A stretch of 63,255 nucleotides of DNA, counting the filler, from Chiloscyllium plagiosum (taxonomy: Eukaryota), in the NCBI RefSeq assembly GCF_004010195.1. It is 6 parts of one record of this genome, joined end to end, with 100 filler letters (N's around TTAATTAATTAA, not from the genome) between each part and the next. Parts side by side here need not be neighbours in the genome. Positions count along the whole stretch, not along the records: positions 1 to 15,595 come from NC_057717.1; 5 more parts are not named here. One strand, 5' to 3'. This document shows positions 1 through 12,659 of this stretch, piece after piece. Made by a program: the position numbers and the translations under genes. Every line of letters begins with the position of its first letter. Position 1 is the stretch's first letter. The notes beneath the pieces are model-generated. The model saw nothing but the letters and a program-made list of their open reading frames with translations, searched no databases and was not told where the DNA came from.

Positions 1-344
1 AAATATTTTGCTTTGATAGCCACAGTCTATTACAGTGAGAAATGGTGTGAATTTTCTCTAACTGAAAAACTTTCACTTAATTCCACCTCTTGTGGAGATT
101 CCTATCTGTTCCCATTTGACATGACGGAGATTTCGCTCTCTGTTGTTTTCCATATCCAGAACAGAACTGCGGCACAATTCCCAGCACATGATTTCAATAT
201 TTATTGACCTACGAAGTCGATGCCAATGCCTCACATTGTAATGGGATTCATCAATAAGAGAACTTTTCAGGATTAACACAGTTGTGTCTGATGTGCAGGG
301 GGTCATCACACAAGCACAGTAGCAAGCTTCCTCAGGGGCAAGAC

Positions 345-960
345 AAAAAGATGCTGGAAAGAGAAATCGGAGTTAACATTTTCGGTCCAGTGTCGCAGTC
401 CTTAGCATTGGTGGTTGACAGGAAACTTTAGGTCTATATGCAGAAGATATGTGGGGGCGCAGTAATTAGGAGTGAATGAGATGTCGGGACAGTGCCGAAA
501 GAGAGAGATTCACTGTTGGACGTAGGAATTGATAATGATTTGTTTTGAGCATTAACAACTGTTCACGGAGACTGTTTATGACTAACCATAGGTATTGTGT
601 AATGGCTNNNNNNNNNNNNNNNNNNNNNNNNNNNNNNNNNNNNNNNNNNNNNNNNNNNNNNNNNNNNNNNNNNNNNNNNNNNNNNNNNNGCTATGGTGGA
701 ACACTGCAGTAAGCCTGAGATAGAGACGTTGGTGAGGAAACATGGTTCTGTGCTAAAGGAGCAGTCAGCTGGAAGCTCAGGGCCATTTTTGGCAATAGAA
801 CTTTGTATTCTGCAAAACGGTCATTCAATCCAGACTTCATTTCCCAAGGGAGTGGCGACCACAATATGAGCAGTGAATCTATTAGACTGGAATGTGTGAA
901 GTGGAGGGGAAGTGTTGCTTCATCTGGAAGGTGTATTTGAGCACTTGTGTACTAAGCAGG
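345..960 (-). mobile_element. Degenerate Penelope-like element 3' remnant (interrupted by N gap)
   Basis: Minus strand reads ...KYTFQMKQHFPSTSH..., resembling the Penelope GIY-YIG lead-in seen better preserved at 20.3 kb (HIRHKFTCTSTH). It ends in the typical shark terminal motif (gagagaaa..gagttaacattttcgg). Confidence 0.5.
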
Positions 961-2630
961 GAGTTCAGAAATGGACAAGTGAGGAGAAGCAAGAAGCAAG
1001 AAGAAAGGATCGTGAAGAAGATATTATTAGAGATGTTGTTAATAAATGGGAAAGAAAGCGACCATAAAGGAACTATACCTGAATGCTCGTACTTTTCGGA
1101 AGAAGGTTGGGGATATAACGACATAAATTATCACGAACGAATACAATTTAGTAGACATTGCAGATACATGGAGACAGCATAGTCAAGACTGGGAGGTAAA
1201 TATTCACGGGCATGAGACGATTTGGAAGGACAGAAATGGTGGTAAGGAAGGTGGTGTAACTCAAACGTTCAAGGACAACCTCAGACCGATGCTGACAGAT
1301 GATATACGTTCTGTGGAGAATGCGTTTGAATCCATTTCGGAGGAAAGTAGAAGTTCTAAGAAGAAAATGTCATTGATTGTCGGAGTCTACCGGCTCCAAA
1401 TTTTAAGATCACATTGGGGAGGGCAGGAAACAAAGACATAAAATAACACCTGAAAAAATGGTATGGCAATTATTATGCGGGATTTTAATCAACATGTCGA
1501 TCGGTCGAAGCAGCTCAGTCAGAGTCGCCTTGATGAGGAGAGTATTGAGTATCTGCGAGAGATTCCTTAACTACTGTGTAATGGAAGAGGCCAACAAGGG
1601 GAGAGGCCAAATTAGATTTGGTACCGGGTAATGAAACAAGGCGATAGATTTGTCGGTAGGTGAGCACTTTGGTGATAGTTACCAAAATTAAATTATGTTT
1701 ACTTGAGCTTTTCAAAGGGATAGGTATATATCGGAGGGCAAGCACTGCTGCTGGGGGAAAGAAAATTGTAATGCGATTAGATAAGATCACGCATGCACAG
1801 GTTGGGCATAAAACGGCAGGGAATGGGCAGAAGAGAAGTGAGGAGCTTATTCAAGGAGCAGGTTCAGTGTGTCTTTGATAAGTATATACCTGTCAGAGAG
1901 GGAGGAAATTGTCAAGTGCAGGAGTCATGATTACTGAGGAAGTTCAGGAAAGACCTGAAGAGAGACTGAAGATGAGCCAGGATGGTAGCTGAGAATTTGT
2001 TGGCAGATAGGAGAAGGGAAAATCCTATATCTTTCCATAGTTACGTCAGGCCTAAAAGAATGAATGGAATAAAATATGGCCAATGAAGGACAGTCGTGCT
2101 AAGTAGTACGTGGAGACAGAAGTGATGGGGGAAGCGCAAAAGCAATACCTTTCGTCAGGATTCGCTCTGGAAAAACAAAACGTTGTAGAGGACAATACTG
2201 AGACACAGTCTACGAGACGAGATCGGATTGAAGTTCCCAAGGACGAGGTGTTACAAACTCTGGAAATGTGAAAATATATAAATTCCCGTGGGCCGGATGG
2301 GATTTTTCCTAGGATTCTCTGGGAAACCAAGAATCGGATTTCCGAGCCTTAGACTTTGATCTTTATGTTGTCATTGTCCAAAGGTATAGTACGAGAATAC
2401 TGCAGGATAGTAAACGTTGTTCCCTCATTCAAGAAGTATAGAAAACCCTGGAAATTATAGACCACTGACCCTTCCGTCGGTTGTGGGTAAAGTGTTGGAA
2501 AAAGTTCTGAGAGATAAAATTTGTAATCATCTCGATTGGAATTAGTTTATGAGGGAAGGTCAAGCCGGTTTTGTGAATGGGAGGTCGAGACTCACAAACA
2601 TTATTGAGTTCTTTGAGTAGGGCATTAAAC
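960..2630 (+). mobile_element. CR1/HER1-type LINE ORF2 remnant (endonuclease to RT), 5' part
   Basis: Degenerate CR1 motifs: ggtggtaaggaaggtggtgta (GKGGGV), gtctaccggctcc (VYRPP), gggattttaat (GDFN), NSRGPDGIFPRIL, ggaaattatagacca (GNYRP). Confidence 0.85.
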
Positions 2631-3496
2631 TGGATGTCGGTTTGCTCACTGAATTGGAAAGTTCATTTCCAGACATTTCATCACCCTACGAGGTAACAAT
2701 TTCAGTGGGTCTCCAGGCGAAGAACTGTTCATGATTCCTGTTTAAAATTTATATGTTTGGGGTTCTTTGGGTTGGTGATGTAACTTCTGGTGGTGATGTC
2801 ATTTCCTGTTATTTTTCCTCAGCGGGAAGTCGATGGCGTCGAGCTCGAAGTGTTTGTTGGAAGAGTTCTGGTCGGAATGCCATGTTTCGAGGAATTATTC
2901 TGCATGTATCTGTTTGGCTTCTCCTAGGATGGATGTGTTGTCTCAGTCGACTGTAGTGTTTTTCGAATTTAGTGTTTGTTTCCAGTTCTTGCACGGTATT
3001 TTGTAAATGTCATCAGTTTTTGCATATGGACAAATAAGCAGAAAACGAGCCACCAGGATACATGAACATCAACTAGCCACAAAACGACGAGACCCTCTCT
3101 CACTGGTATCCTTACATACAGATAAAGAAAGGCACCACTTTGACTTGGACAAGGCATCCATCCGAGCACATGTGAAACAGAGACAGACACGAGAATTCCG
3201 AGAAGCATAGCATTCCAACCGGAAATCTATCAAAAAGCATATCGAGGTGGACACCATCTCCAACCCCCTGAGAAAAAGAAGAGGAAATGATATCACTACA
3301 GGAAATTACATGACCAACCCAAAGAACCCCAAACATGTCAATAGAAAGCAGAAATCCTGAACAGTACGCCACCCGAAGACCCACTGAAGATGTTACCCAG
3401 GAGGGTAAAGAAAAGTATGTAATTGAGCCTTCCAGCTCAGCGAGCAAATCTTCATGTGGAAGCTAATCCTGAGCTTCAAACTTGTTAAAACTCGCC
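2631..3496. mobile_element. Penelope-like (Poseidon-type) GIY-YIG element with inverted 5' part, inserted in CR1
   Basis: + strand 3020-3300 encodes GQISRKRATRIHEHQLATKRRDPLSLVSLHTDKERHHFD (GIY-YIG C-terminus). 2631-3005 is an inverted copy of the same family. Flanks are the degenerate TSD agggcattaaac / aggtgactaaac. Confidence 0.85.
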
Positions 3497-3930
3497 AGGT
3501 GACTAAACAGATAGATGAGGATAATGCCATTCATGAAATGCACGTTTGGATTTCAGTTAGCCGTTTGGTAAATTTCGCCATGGTAGATGACTGCACAAAA
3601 TACTGAGGTATGGACTTGAGGAGGATTTCATGCTTTGGACCAGAAATTAGCCAGCTGAAAGAAGACAGGGGATGTTATGTGATGCGAAAATATCATCCTG
3701 GAATTCAGTTGCTTTTGATGTATTGCAACGATCTGTTTTGGGTTCACAGCTTTTTGTCATTTTTTATAAACAACCTGGATGGGGGCGTAGAAGGATGGGT
3801 TCGTAAATTTGCGGACGACAGTAAGTTCGGTACAGTTGTGCTGAAAGATATTGTAGGTTACATAGGGACACAGGTATGCAGCAGAGCTGGGCTGAGAGTT
3901 TGCAAATGGAATTTAATGCAGAGAAAATGT
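3497..3930 (+). mobile_element. CR1 LINE RT remnant (continuation after Penelope insertion)
   Basis: FFINNLDGGVEGWVRKFADDSKFG (FADD motif). Confidence 0.85.
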
Positions 3931-3959
3931 GAGAAAGAGCATGGCATTAAAATTAGCAC

Positions 3960-5490
3960 AGAATATAAAGATCGATAGCAGAAGTTTCTATTAAAATATA
4001 AAATGAAAAAGAGTGGCACTTTCGTGGATAAGAAGGGGCATTTACTTATGGGATATGCAGAAATAGCCTTGACATTGATCAGGCATTTGCGTCGGTCTTC
4101 ACAGTGGAGGATATTAATTACATGCCAGTAATTGACAAAGTGATGACGGTTGGTGACGACCTGGGAACAGTCATTATAACAAAAGAGCTCGTGTTGGATT
4201 GTTGGAGCTAATTAACATCGCAGGGTGTTAAACGCGATGGTGTGTTAAAAAGAAGTTTGCTGACGGTATTTTTCCAAACTTCGTTGGTCTCTGGGGCAGT
4301 CCCAGCTGATTGGAAAACACAAATATGACATCACTGTTTAAAAAGGGAGGCAGACAGAATATGAGGACTTAGATCAGATTACTTACAGTTGGGCCGATTA
4401 CTTCGGCCCAACAAGTCCACACCGACCGCCGAAGCGCGACCCACCCAGACCCTTTCCCCAACATTATAGAACTTCTTTTAACCTCTGCAGTGCAGAAATT
4501 TCTTGAGTCTATTATCGAGGAAGAAATAGCAGGGCATCTCGACAGAAACTGGGCAGACGCAGCATGGGTTAATGAAGGGCAGGTCATGCCTGAAAAATCT
4601 TTTCGAGTTCTATGATGGCATTACGAGCATGGTGTATAACGGGACCCAGTGAATCGGTGTACCTAGATTTTCAAAATGCCGTCGACAATTTGTGGTTCAG
4701 GGGCTGACAGCAAACGGATGCATGCTGTTAAGGATAAAGTATGAGCATGGATTCAGGATTATTTGTCCAACAGGAAGCACAGAGCGGGGATAAATCAGTG
4801 CTATTCTATTGTCCATCAACGGTGTGCCTCAGGGATCGGTACTGGGACCGCAATTACTTACAACTTGCATGGATGATTTGGATTTTGGAGCCATGCGAAG
4901 CGTGTCAAGGTCTGCAGTTGACACAAAGGTGAGTAGTTGAGCAAAGAGTGCGGAGGACAGTGAAAATTTGCAGAGGAACATTGAAATATTGGGTTAATGG
5001 GCAATATTCTGGCGGATGGAATTCCGGATTTGAAGGTGTTCGCTGATGACAAGCGACTATGTGCAATAGGATTGTATCGAAAATTCAGAAGAATAAGGCC
5101 GGATCTTATGGGAACATATAAAATTATGAAGAGCATGTGTGAGATAGAAGTAGAGAGCATGCTTCCATTGGCGGATGAAACTAGGACAAGAGGGCACAGC
5201 CTCGAGATTAGGACGAGCTGAGTTAGGACTGAATTGAGAAGGAATTCCTTCAACCAGAGCAGTACTCTATGGAACTGCTTGTCCAACGAAGTAGTTGATT
5301 ATAGATCAATAAATGTTTTTTTTAAGCTAGGGCTGATTTTTGTTTGAACAATAAAGGAAGTAATGATTATCTTCAGAGGTTGGTTAAGTGAATGTATATC
5401 CATGGAAAGATCAGGCATGATCTTATTGAATGGCGAAGCAGTCTCTAAGGCCCGTATGGCATAGTCCTGCTCCTCGTTCTCATGTTATAT
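3960..5490 (+). mobile_element. Second degenerate CR1 LINE fragment including 3' end
   Basis: VPADWKTQ, LFKKGGRQ, gtgcctcagggatcggtactgggacc (VPQGSVLGP), DLMGTYKIMK...TRTRGHSL, and a CR1-type 3' UTR. Confidence 0.85.
4369..4464 (-). mobile_element. HE1-SINE/HER1 3' tail fragment
   Basis: Reverse complement of cggcggtcggtgtggacttgttgggccgaag...gtaagtaatctgatctaa, matching the tail of the young SINE at 17.66 kb. Confidence 0.75.
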
Positions 5491-6189
5491 GAATGTATGT
5501 GTCACATATTCCGCGATTTTAGGTTAAGCTTCCATGGGATGTGTTGAGAGAGAAGGCACAGTGCACCACGGTCCCGCGGAGGTAATGGTTCCTGGGGAAG
5601 GCGGACAATGGCGGGGAGGGGAATATATGTTTGGTAATAGTATTTCGCTGGAGGTGGTGGAATTAGGAAAATATTTTGTTGATAACTTAGAGTACCATAG
5701 CGCTTAAGGTTCCAGACCATGTTCTGAAAAACATGGGATGAGAATGGAACGTTGCTTCATTACGGACATTTGAAAGATGGGTCCAAAGTCCTTCTTTGGT
5801 TCAGTGAAAGTCACAATGTCTTCGAGAAGCTAACTTTAGCGGCCAAAAGCATTTTGGCCACAAGAGCAGGTCAAAGTCAGAGATTTTCGCGACTCCCGAA
5901 AGCCTGTCTAACACATAGCCTGCCACGACACGCCACCTATGATTTGTCACCGGCAGTCTCCATTAACAGCTGTTCACTCTCCGAGCGAGAGCGTTATTCA
6001 CCTCATTGACCAAATGTTCTTCTCTTTCTTTTGTTCTTTCCAGACCAACTGTTTACTCCTTTACAATACAGAATGAGACATGATGGGATAGTTCCTGTCC
6101 GCCTGGATGATTGCAGTGTTAAAGAAACAATGCACAGGAGAAGTACAGCAGATTTGTCAGCATCTGAGTTGCACGAGACATTTAAATCA

Positions 6190-6680
6190 CAACCTTCTTG
6201 AGGATTTCTTAGTGTAGTTGCAACAATACTGAAAAGCTCAACACCGTCCAGAACAGAGCAACTGAATTGAGCAGCAACACACAAATAATAAACATCGACA
6301 AACATCCATTCCCACCACAACCAAACACTCTGACATGCAGTCTGCACAATCCATGAGATGCACTGCAGGTATTCACCAAGTGTCCTTAAACAGTACATTA
6401 CAAACTCACAACTACATCCATCTAAAAGGAAAAGGGTAGTAGATAGTTAGGAAATACCTACAACCCACTTACCATCCTGCCCTGGAAATATATTGTCGTT
6501 CCTCCAGAATCACTGGGTCAAAATTGCGGATTTCACTCCCCTATAATTTGGGTCAACCGACAGCACACGGAAACGATGGTTCAAGAAGGCAGCACATCGT
6601 CACCTTGTCCAGTCAAATCGGGAATGAACAGTAAATGCGGACCAGTTCTGGAATACCCACATCCGACGAAGAATGAAAAT
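6190..6680 (+). mobile_element. Old CR1/L2-clade LINE 3' end
   Basis: Typical shark LINE tail (ttcaagaaggcagc...caccttgtcc...gggaatgaacagtaaatgcggacc). Related pieces lie at ~16.3, 25.2-25.6 and 56.1-56.3 kb. Confidence 0.55.
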
Positions 6681-6799
6681 AATATGCTTTGGTGTTCTGA
6701 GGAGTTCTCTCTTACTGAGATATATCTGGTTTTATTTGAGGGCTATCAAAGATGAGGAATTGATGTTGGGAAACTGAAACGAAGCATCACACCAGAATT

Positions 6800-7690
6800 T
6801 GATGGAGTTGCTTTGTTCCATGTAGCCTGATCCTCACCGGCCTTTGAAAATGAAAGCAGAATGTTACATTCACAGTGGAGTGAAAGCAATCACTATCTGA
6901 ACTATCGAGACATAATTGGAGGGGCGCTGGGGAGAAAATGCGATAATGTGGTGACGATTCAAATACTTGTCTGCCCTGAAAATTCATCAGTGCAACCACA
7001 CCGGGGAAAAGCCATTCAACTGTTCTGAGTTTGGAAAGGGAGTTACTCAGTTTTCTAACTTGCTGACTCACCGGTGGGTTCACACGGAGAAGAAACCATT
7101 TAATTGTCCAGAGTTTTGAAAACGCTTTAAAGGTTTTCACGAACTGTTGTACAATCAATGTGTTCACGTTGATGAGAAACCATTCAAGTGTTCTCACAGA
7201 GGGAGTGGATTCAGGCGGTCATTTGATCTCACGTTACATCTGCGAACTCAGTGGACATAGACCGTTCACCTGTTCGAAGAATGGGAAAGGATTCATTCAG
7301 TCATTCAGTCTGCTGAGACACCAGTGAGTTCATACAGCGTAGAGACCATTCGTCCGCTGTGATTTGAAGTCATTAATTGATTCCGGCAATCTGCTGAAAT
7401 ACAAGAGCGTTCACACTGGAAAGAGACCATTCACCTGCTCTTACATTTCTCAAACTTACTGAAAGACGAGAGAATTCATATTGGCGAGAGGCCATTCATA
7501 TGTTCTGAATTGGGGAAAGGATGCACTTCAGCCATCCATCCTCCTGATACACCGACGGGTTCACAGTGACAGTAATTTGTTTTAATGACGCAGTGTGGGA
7601 AATGCTTTATAAGGTTCCATTAATTGAGGTCCCATCAACATGTTCACGCTGATGAGAACACAATCTTGTGCTCTCACTGCTGGACTGTTG
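6800..7690 (+). pseudogene. C2H2 zinc-finger array pseudogene
   Basis: Tandem 84-nt units with linkers HTGEKPF/HTEKKPF/HVDEKPF/HTGKRPF/HIGERPF, plus stops, frameshifts and loss of Cys/His ligands. Confidence 0.9.
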
Positions 7691-8039
7691 TTTCTCGAAT
7701 ATAAGTGAATACACTTCACAAGGTCTTCATTTAGATGTGAAGAGCATTCAGAAATGCTGAATGCATCGACATATTTTTAAATACAATTCCACACTTACCA
7801 ATGAAGAAAAGTGTCAAGAACAGGGCAGTCTATGGATATCTACCAGGGCTCCTCTAATTGTACAGAAATCCAGGGATTTGATGTGAATTGGAAACTGAAC
7901 AATTAAACACCAGATCAATGAAAGAGATTAAACACATGCAATGAAGTAAACCCCTGCTGACAGAATGAACACAGTTCAATTCTCGATGCAATAACTCCAT
8001 ATCGCATTCACATGCGACCTCACTGGATTGTTTGCACTA

Positions 8040-8260
8040 TTACCATCTTACCAGACCTCAGAGGCTGCTGCCTTCATTTGAGAAAGAAGGGGCTGGTGGT
8101 GATTTAACCAGAGCACCACCAGTCCACAGGTCAGAGAATATTTAGTGAAGAATAACCTTTAAATTAACCTCAAACCAGTGATAGGAATTGGAACCACGCT
8201 GCCAGCATCACAGTGCTTTATAAGCCAACAAAGCAGACAACTGAGCGAAACAGATTGCAC
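8040..8260 (-). mobile_element. tRNA-derived SINE (possibly MetaSINE-like), degenerate
   Basis: Minus strand has a tRNA-like head (ttcgctcagttg...gcgtggttccaattcc) and the body ggttaaatcaccaccagcc...ctctcaaatgaaggcagcagcc. The same family occurs at 51.27 kb. Confidence 0.55.
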
Positions 8261-8334
8261 CTGACTGGGCTGTCACACGTGCGAATGAGTAATTGAATCC
8301 CTTGTTACCCACAGTGCAAATTAACTGCCTCTCC

Positions 8335-8650
8335 GCGCACGGTGGCTCAGTGTTTAGCACTGCTGGCTCAGAGCATGAGGAGCTGGCGTCGATTTCAGCC
8401 TCGGAGACCTGTCTGTGCAGAGTTTGCACGTTCTCCACGTGTCTGCGTGAGTTTCCTCCAGGTCCACAAATTTCATACCACAAGACAAAACGGTGCGCCG
8501 GTGAGGTGAATTGGCCATGATATATTACCCATACCGTGGGTTAATAGTTGGGATAAATATAAGGAAGGGTAATGGGTTTGAGTGTTCTTTGGAGGGTTTG
8601 TGTGGAATTGTTGGTCCGAAGGGCCTGTAGCTGCACTGCAGGGATTCTCA
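8335..8650 (+). mobile_element. HE1/V-SINE, diverged
   Basis: gcacggtggctcagtgtttagcactgctg head, V-domain gagtttgcacgttctcc, tail gttggtccgaagggcctgt. Confidence 0.85.
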
Positions 8651-8699
8651 TGTGTTTTCTGGTGTTCTATCACATCATTGCTACTCCTTCAGCTCTTTT

Positions 8700-9160
8700 C
8701 AAAGTCAGACCATTGCGATTTTCTCTCATTTCTGGGAACAAGTCCATATCTGCTGAGATTGGAGACACGGATGAATCACTTCCCAGGCAAGGAGCAAGTA
8801 AATGTTTCTCGCTCGTGTGAATATGCTCGTGCTCACTGAATAGAGATGACCAGGTGAATCTCTTTCCACACTCAGTGCAGCCATCTCTACAGTGTGCTCA
8901 TTCTTCTTTATCTGAAGCTTTGCTGATTTAATAAATGCCTTCTCATACACAGAGCAGAAGAATGGTGTCTTTCCAGTGTCATGTCGATTGGGTGACATTA
9001 GGCGGGGTTGTGAAGATAATCACTGACCAAACAGAGCAGACATATTTTCTCTCCCTTTGTTGAAGTCGTTTGCGTGCCATTAGGATTGATCCCCGAGTGA
9101 ATACCTTCCCGTCCATTGAACAGCTGAGTGGCTTGGCCCCATGTGAACAGATTGATGTTG
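8700..9160 (-). pseudogene. C2H2 zinc-finger pseudogene fragment
   Basis: Minus strand DTGKTPFFCSVYEKAFIKSAKLQIKKNEHTVE and adjacent degenerate fingers. Confidence 0.75.
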
Positions 9161-9199
9161 AATTAAGATTTTGAATTTAAAACCTTTGAAGATCTTAAA

Positions 9200-9714
9200 G
9201 TTTATTTTTCAACAGTATGGGAAATGACTTGCAAACCTGCCTACAGACAGCATGGCCAATAAGAACACAGAAAGTCAAGCCTGTCCAAGCCATACAAGAA
9301 ACACCCAAAATGCCTCAGCATTGACCAAACAGGTTGACAAGGGAAACTATACATGACCACAGTCATTCACAAACCAGGGAATACACTTCCCAAGACAAAC
9401 TACCAATAAGCTTCCTCGACCCATAAACACAGCAGTCCCAAAGGCTGAAGTGAAATCTAATACCCCAGTGATATCAAAGCCACATGAAACTCAGGTCAGC
9501 CAGGGATGCACCAGAATACCTTGCTCACCTCTGGAGAGCAACAATGGTATCACCTTACTGCCAAGGAAAGGGACATTCTCACATACCCACGAAGAGAGCT
9601 GGAACCCCCTAATCCCATTCTTGAACTGATTAATGCTGCCGGATGCTTGATTGTGTCTTGATTGTATTAATCACGTCCAGAGCTTGTGCCGTAACATGGA
9701 TCCAACCAGGGGAG
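9200..9714 (+). mobile_element. Candidate ERV 5' LTR ending ...GTAACA (9696) followed by a TGG-initiated PBS-like sequence
   Basis: CA end immediately followed by TGGATCCAACCAGGGG, loosely similar to a tRNA-Lys PBS, upstream of a leader and gag ATG. The 5' boundary is uncertain and no matching 3' LTR was seen. Confidence 0.4.
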
Positions 9715-10233
9715 TGCCGGACGGGCAAGGGAAGCCTGGCAAAATAGAATGAGAGACTGCTGATTACATTTTTCGCATCAATCCTAAGAGATTCCTCAGC
9801 TCAAAGGAAATTGACAGGGGCTCCACCAGTTCACTTTTTTCTCTGCCTTGTGATTTCTGAGCATTTGCGTTGGATGTGTCTGTTTGTTTTGCGGTTGCTG
9901 GCGGTATGTCTTGTCAGTTTCAGGTGTCTCGTCTAAGTGTGTTTATCCATCAGACAAGTGTGTGATTACAGTGCGGTGAGCGATTGTGCACTCAGTAATC
10001 CTTTATTGCTTGACCTGTCAATCACTCACTGCTTGTGTGTTCTGTGAGTACTCCCTCTGTCTTTCCTCGAAAGCCGAAGTGCAATGCTAAGCAGTCAACG
10101 CAGGATGTCCAGTACGCCATGGGGGCAGGGAATTCCACCCACTGCTGGGATGTGCTAGCTGGGCAACCCCAACTCTGTGGTGAGAACGGCCCAGGACCGA
10201 AATTGTCCAAGACGATATTGAGGAGGCATGTAA

Positions 10234-10537
10234 GTTTAGATTCCCTACAGTGTAGAAATAGGCCCGTCGACCCAACCAGTCCACACCGACACTCGGAAGA
10301 GTAAGCCGAGCAGACCCATTTCCCTCCCGCCAATGCACCTGACACTATGGGCAATTTAGCACGGCCATTTCACCTGACTTGCTTACCTTTGTGATTGTGC
10401 GTGGAAACCGGAGCACATGGAGGAGTCCCAGGCAGACATGGGGAGAATGTGCAAACTGCACACAGACAGTCGTCCAAGGCTGAAATCGAACCTGGGACCC
10501 TGGCGCTGTGAGGTAGCAGTGCGAACAACGCCGCCCT
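10234..10537 (-). mobile_element. HE1/V-SINE inserted in ERV gag
   Basis: Full head-to-tail SINE on the minus strand, flanked by TGTAA on both sides (probable TSD). Confidence 0.9.
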
Positions 10538-10647
10538 GTAAATACGTGAACTTCAAAATAAAGATCGGAGATTCTCTTGTTATACCTGGTTCACTGGCAG
10601 ACACTGTGCAGAAAGAGACAAGGGATGGCGGTTACTTTACCCACTTA

Positions 10648-11268
10648 ACAGGAAAAGCGCAGTAGGTCAGGCAGCATCCAAGGAGCATGAGAATCGACGT
10701 TTCGGGCACGAGCCCCTCTTCAGGAATGAGGAACGTCTGCCCAGCAGGCGAACATAAAAGGTAGGGAGGAGGAACTTGGGGGAGGGGTGTTGGAAATGCG
10801 ATAGGTGGAAGGAGGTTAAGGTGAGGGTGATAGGCCAGAGTGGGGGTGGGGGCGGAGAGGTGAGGAAGAAGATTGCAGGTTAGGAAGGCAGTGCTGACTT
10901 CAAGGGTTGAGACTGAGACAAGGTGGAGAGAGGGGAAATGAGGAAACTGGATAAATCTGAGTTCATCCCTTGTGGATTGAAGGATCCTAGGTGGAAGATG
11001 AGGCGCTCTTCCTCCAGTCGTCGTGTTGCTATGGTCTGGGGATGGAGGGGTCCAAGGACCTGCATGTCCTTGGTGGAGTGGAAGGGCGAGTTGAAGTGTT
11101 GAGCCACGGGCTGTTTGGGTTGGTTGGTCCGGGTGTCCCAGAGGTGTTCTCTGAAATGTTCTGCAAGTAGAAGGCCTGTCCTCTTTGAATGCTGCCTGAT
11201 CTGTTGGGCTTTTCCAGTAACACATTTTCTGCTCTGATCTCCAGCATCGGCAGTCCTCACTTTCTCGA
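10648..11268 (-). mobile_element. Penelope-like GIY-YIG element 3' end with inverted terminal piece, inserted in ERV gag
   Basis: GLLLAEHFREHLWDTRTNQPKQPVAQHFNSPFHSTKDMQVLG. 11190-11268 is an inverted copy of the terminus. Confidence 0.9.
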
Positions 11269-12659
11269 CTTTGCAGGAGACGTTTATACATGGCCACTAG
11301 GAAATTGGCCATATGGGGGGTCCTTTAAATTCGATAAGCTTGATTATTGCACCACGGCCATTACGGGAGGGCACGATGACCCCTCCTGTGACCCTCTATA
11401 AATGCTGAAGTGTCTTGAAAAGTTTCGACAGGTTCCCCAACAGTATCAGTCCGCGAAGGCGAAAGGCTGCTGCAATAAAACCGACACTGAAACCCCAATA
11501 ATTCCAGATCCGGCCACACCGCCCTATGCCCCGCAGGACCCGAAATTTCCCATACTGTCTTCAAAGTCAGATCCGTTGGGCCTAAATGAAGTGGCTCAAT
11601 TTTTTTTGCCATGCATTACACAGCAAACCCGCGATGGGACACATTACCGGCAGGCAGTATGAATCACCACTGTTGCCCAACATAAATGATAACTCCAGAC
11701 TCACAAGAAGCCCGAGTGCCTGCAGAAATTAACAGGGCACCAAATGTCAGTTTCCCCGCATCATGATTGGGTGCACTCCCCTGTATAAGATCTGGATCCA
11801 CGCAGAGTTCCGGGCCATGATCCCCCAGACCCGTTGAAATGACAGCTCCCGTTCTACAATTGGGTCCTCGAAACTTCCTGTATTTTCAACTGTCGGTCCC
11901 AAGATGTGCAGACCGTATTACAGCTTGTGCATATGACCCACTGGGTGACCATTAGCCCTGTTATTGACATCCCCATCCAACCCTGGGACACCGCTTCAGA
12001 CTGGGAAAAAATGGCTTGACAGCACCGTGAAGGATGCAATCACCTGCCAGTGCAAGACGGCACGCCGAGTTTGGGCTGTTATCCAGTGTCTGCAGAACAG
12101 CCAAGCATTTGCTCGATGTCACTGTCCACTTTAGGGAGGTCGGGGACTCCTCGTCGGGCATTCCATTAGCAGAGAACGAAAAGCTTGCCGTGCAGACAAG
12201 ACCTAACATATGGTCACGTTTTCACGTTGCACAATCAAACGACGAGCTGGACGGACACTTTAATTTAACGTGGTAACTTGGACGGGAATGGGGTGTTTAC
12301 TACACCAAAACGGACGGGGGCATTCGACTGACTCGCACAACCTGACAACCACAGGGACACCGTCAGGCCAGTACAGCAAACTAGGGCAATTCAAAGAAGG
12401 CAGTGCTGGAACAGTGGGAAATTGGAACACTGAGTGAGACAGTGCTTGTCCAGGCAATGTCGCCCAGGGCCATCTCCCCTCTCTCTCTCCCCTCAGACAC
12501 GACAGCAGTCCACCACACAACAGAGGCAGCTTCAGCAGGCTGCCTGCACTGTGGCTGTTCCCTTCCCCCGTGCTCCAGAAACTAACTAGGGCTATCGTGA
12601 GAGTGAATTTTCACAGGCGATCTCAATATGTCTCTCAAACGCCCCGTCTGAAATTCTGA

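Larger units (their letters stand above)
10119..12590 (+). pseudogene. gag: Endogenous retrovirus gag remnant (gamma/epsilon-like), split by SINE and Penelope insertions
   Basis: Starts MGAGNS (myristoylation motif). Contains PGSLAD and WPYGGSF (matrix-type motifs), TPPY (late-domain-like) and a degenerate CCHC knuckle QCWNSGKLEH*VRQC at ~12404-12446. Confidence 0.75.

Noticed and set aside
315..351. V(D)J recombination signal (CACAGTA...ACAAAAAGA)
   Set aside because: The spacer is 21 bp, no Ig/TCR V-segment motifs (WYRQ, YYC) occur upstream, and the nonamer overlaps the edge of a Penelope-like terminus.
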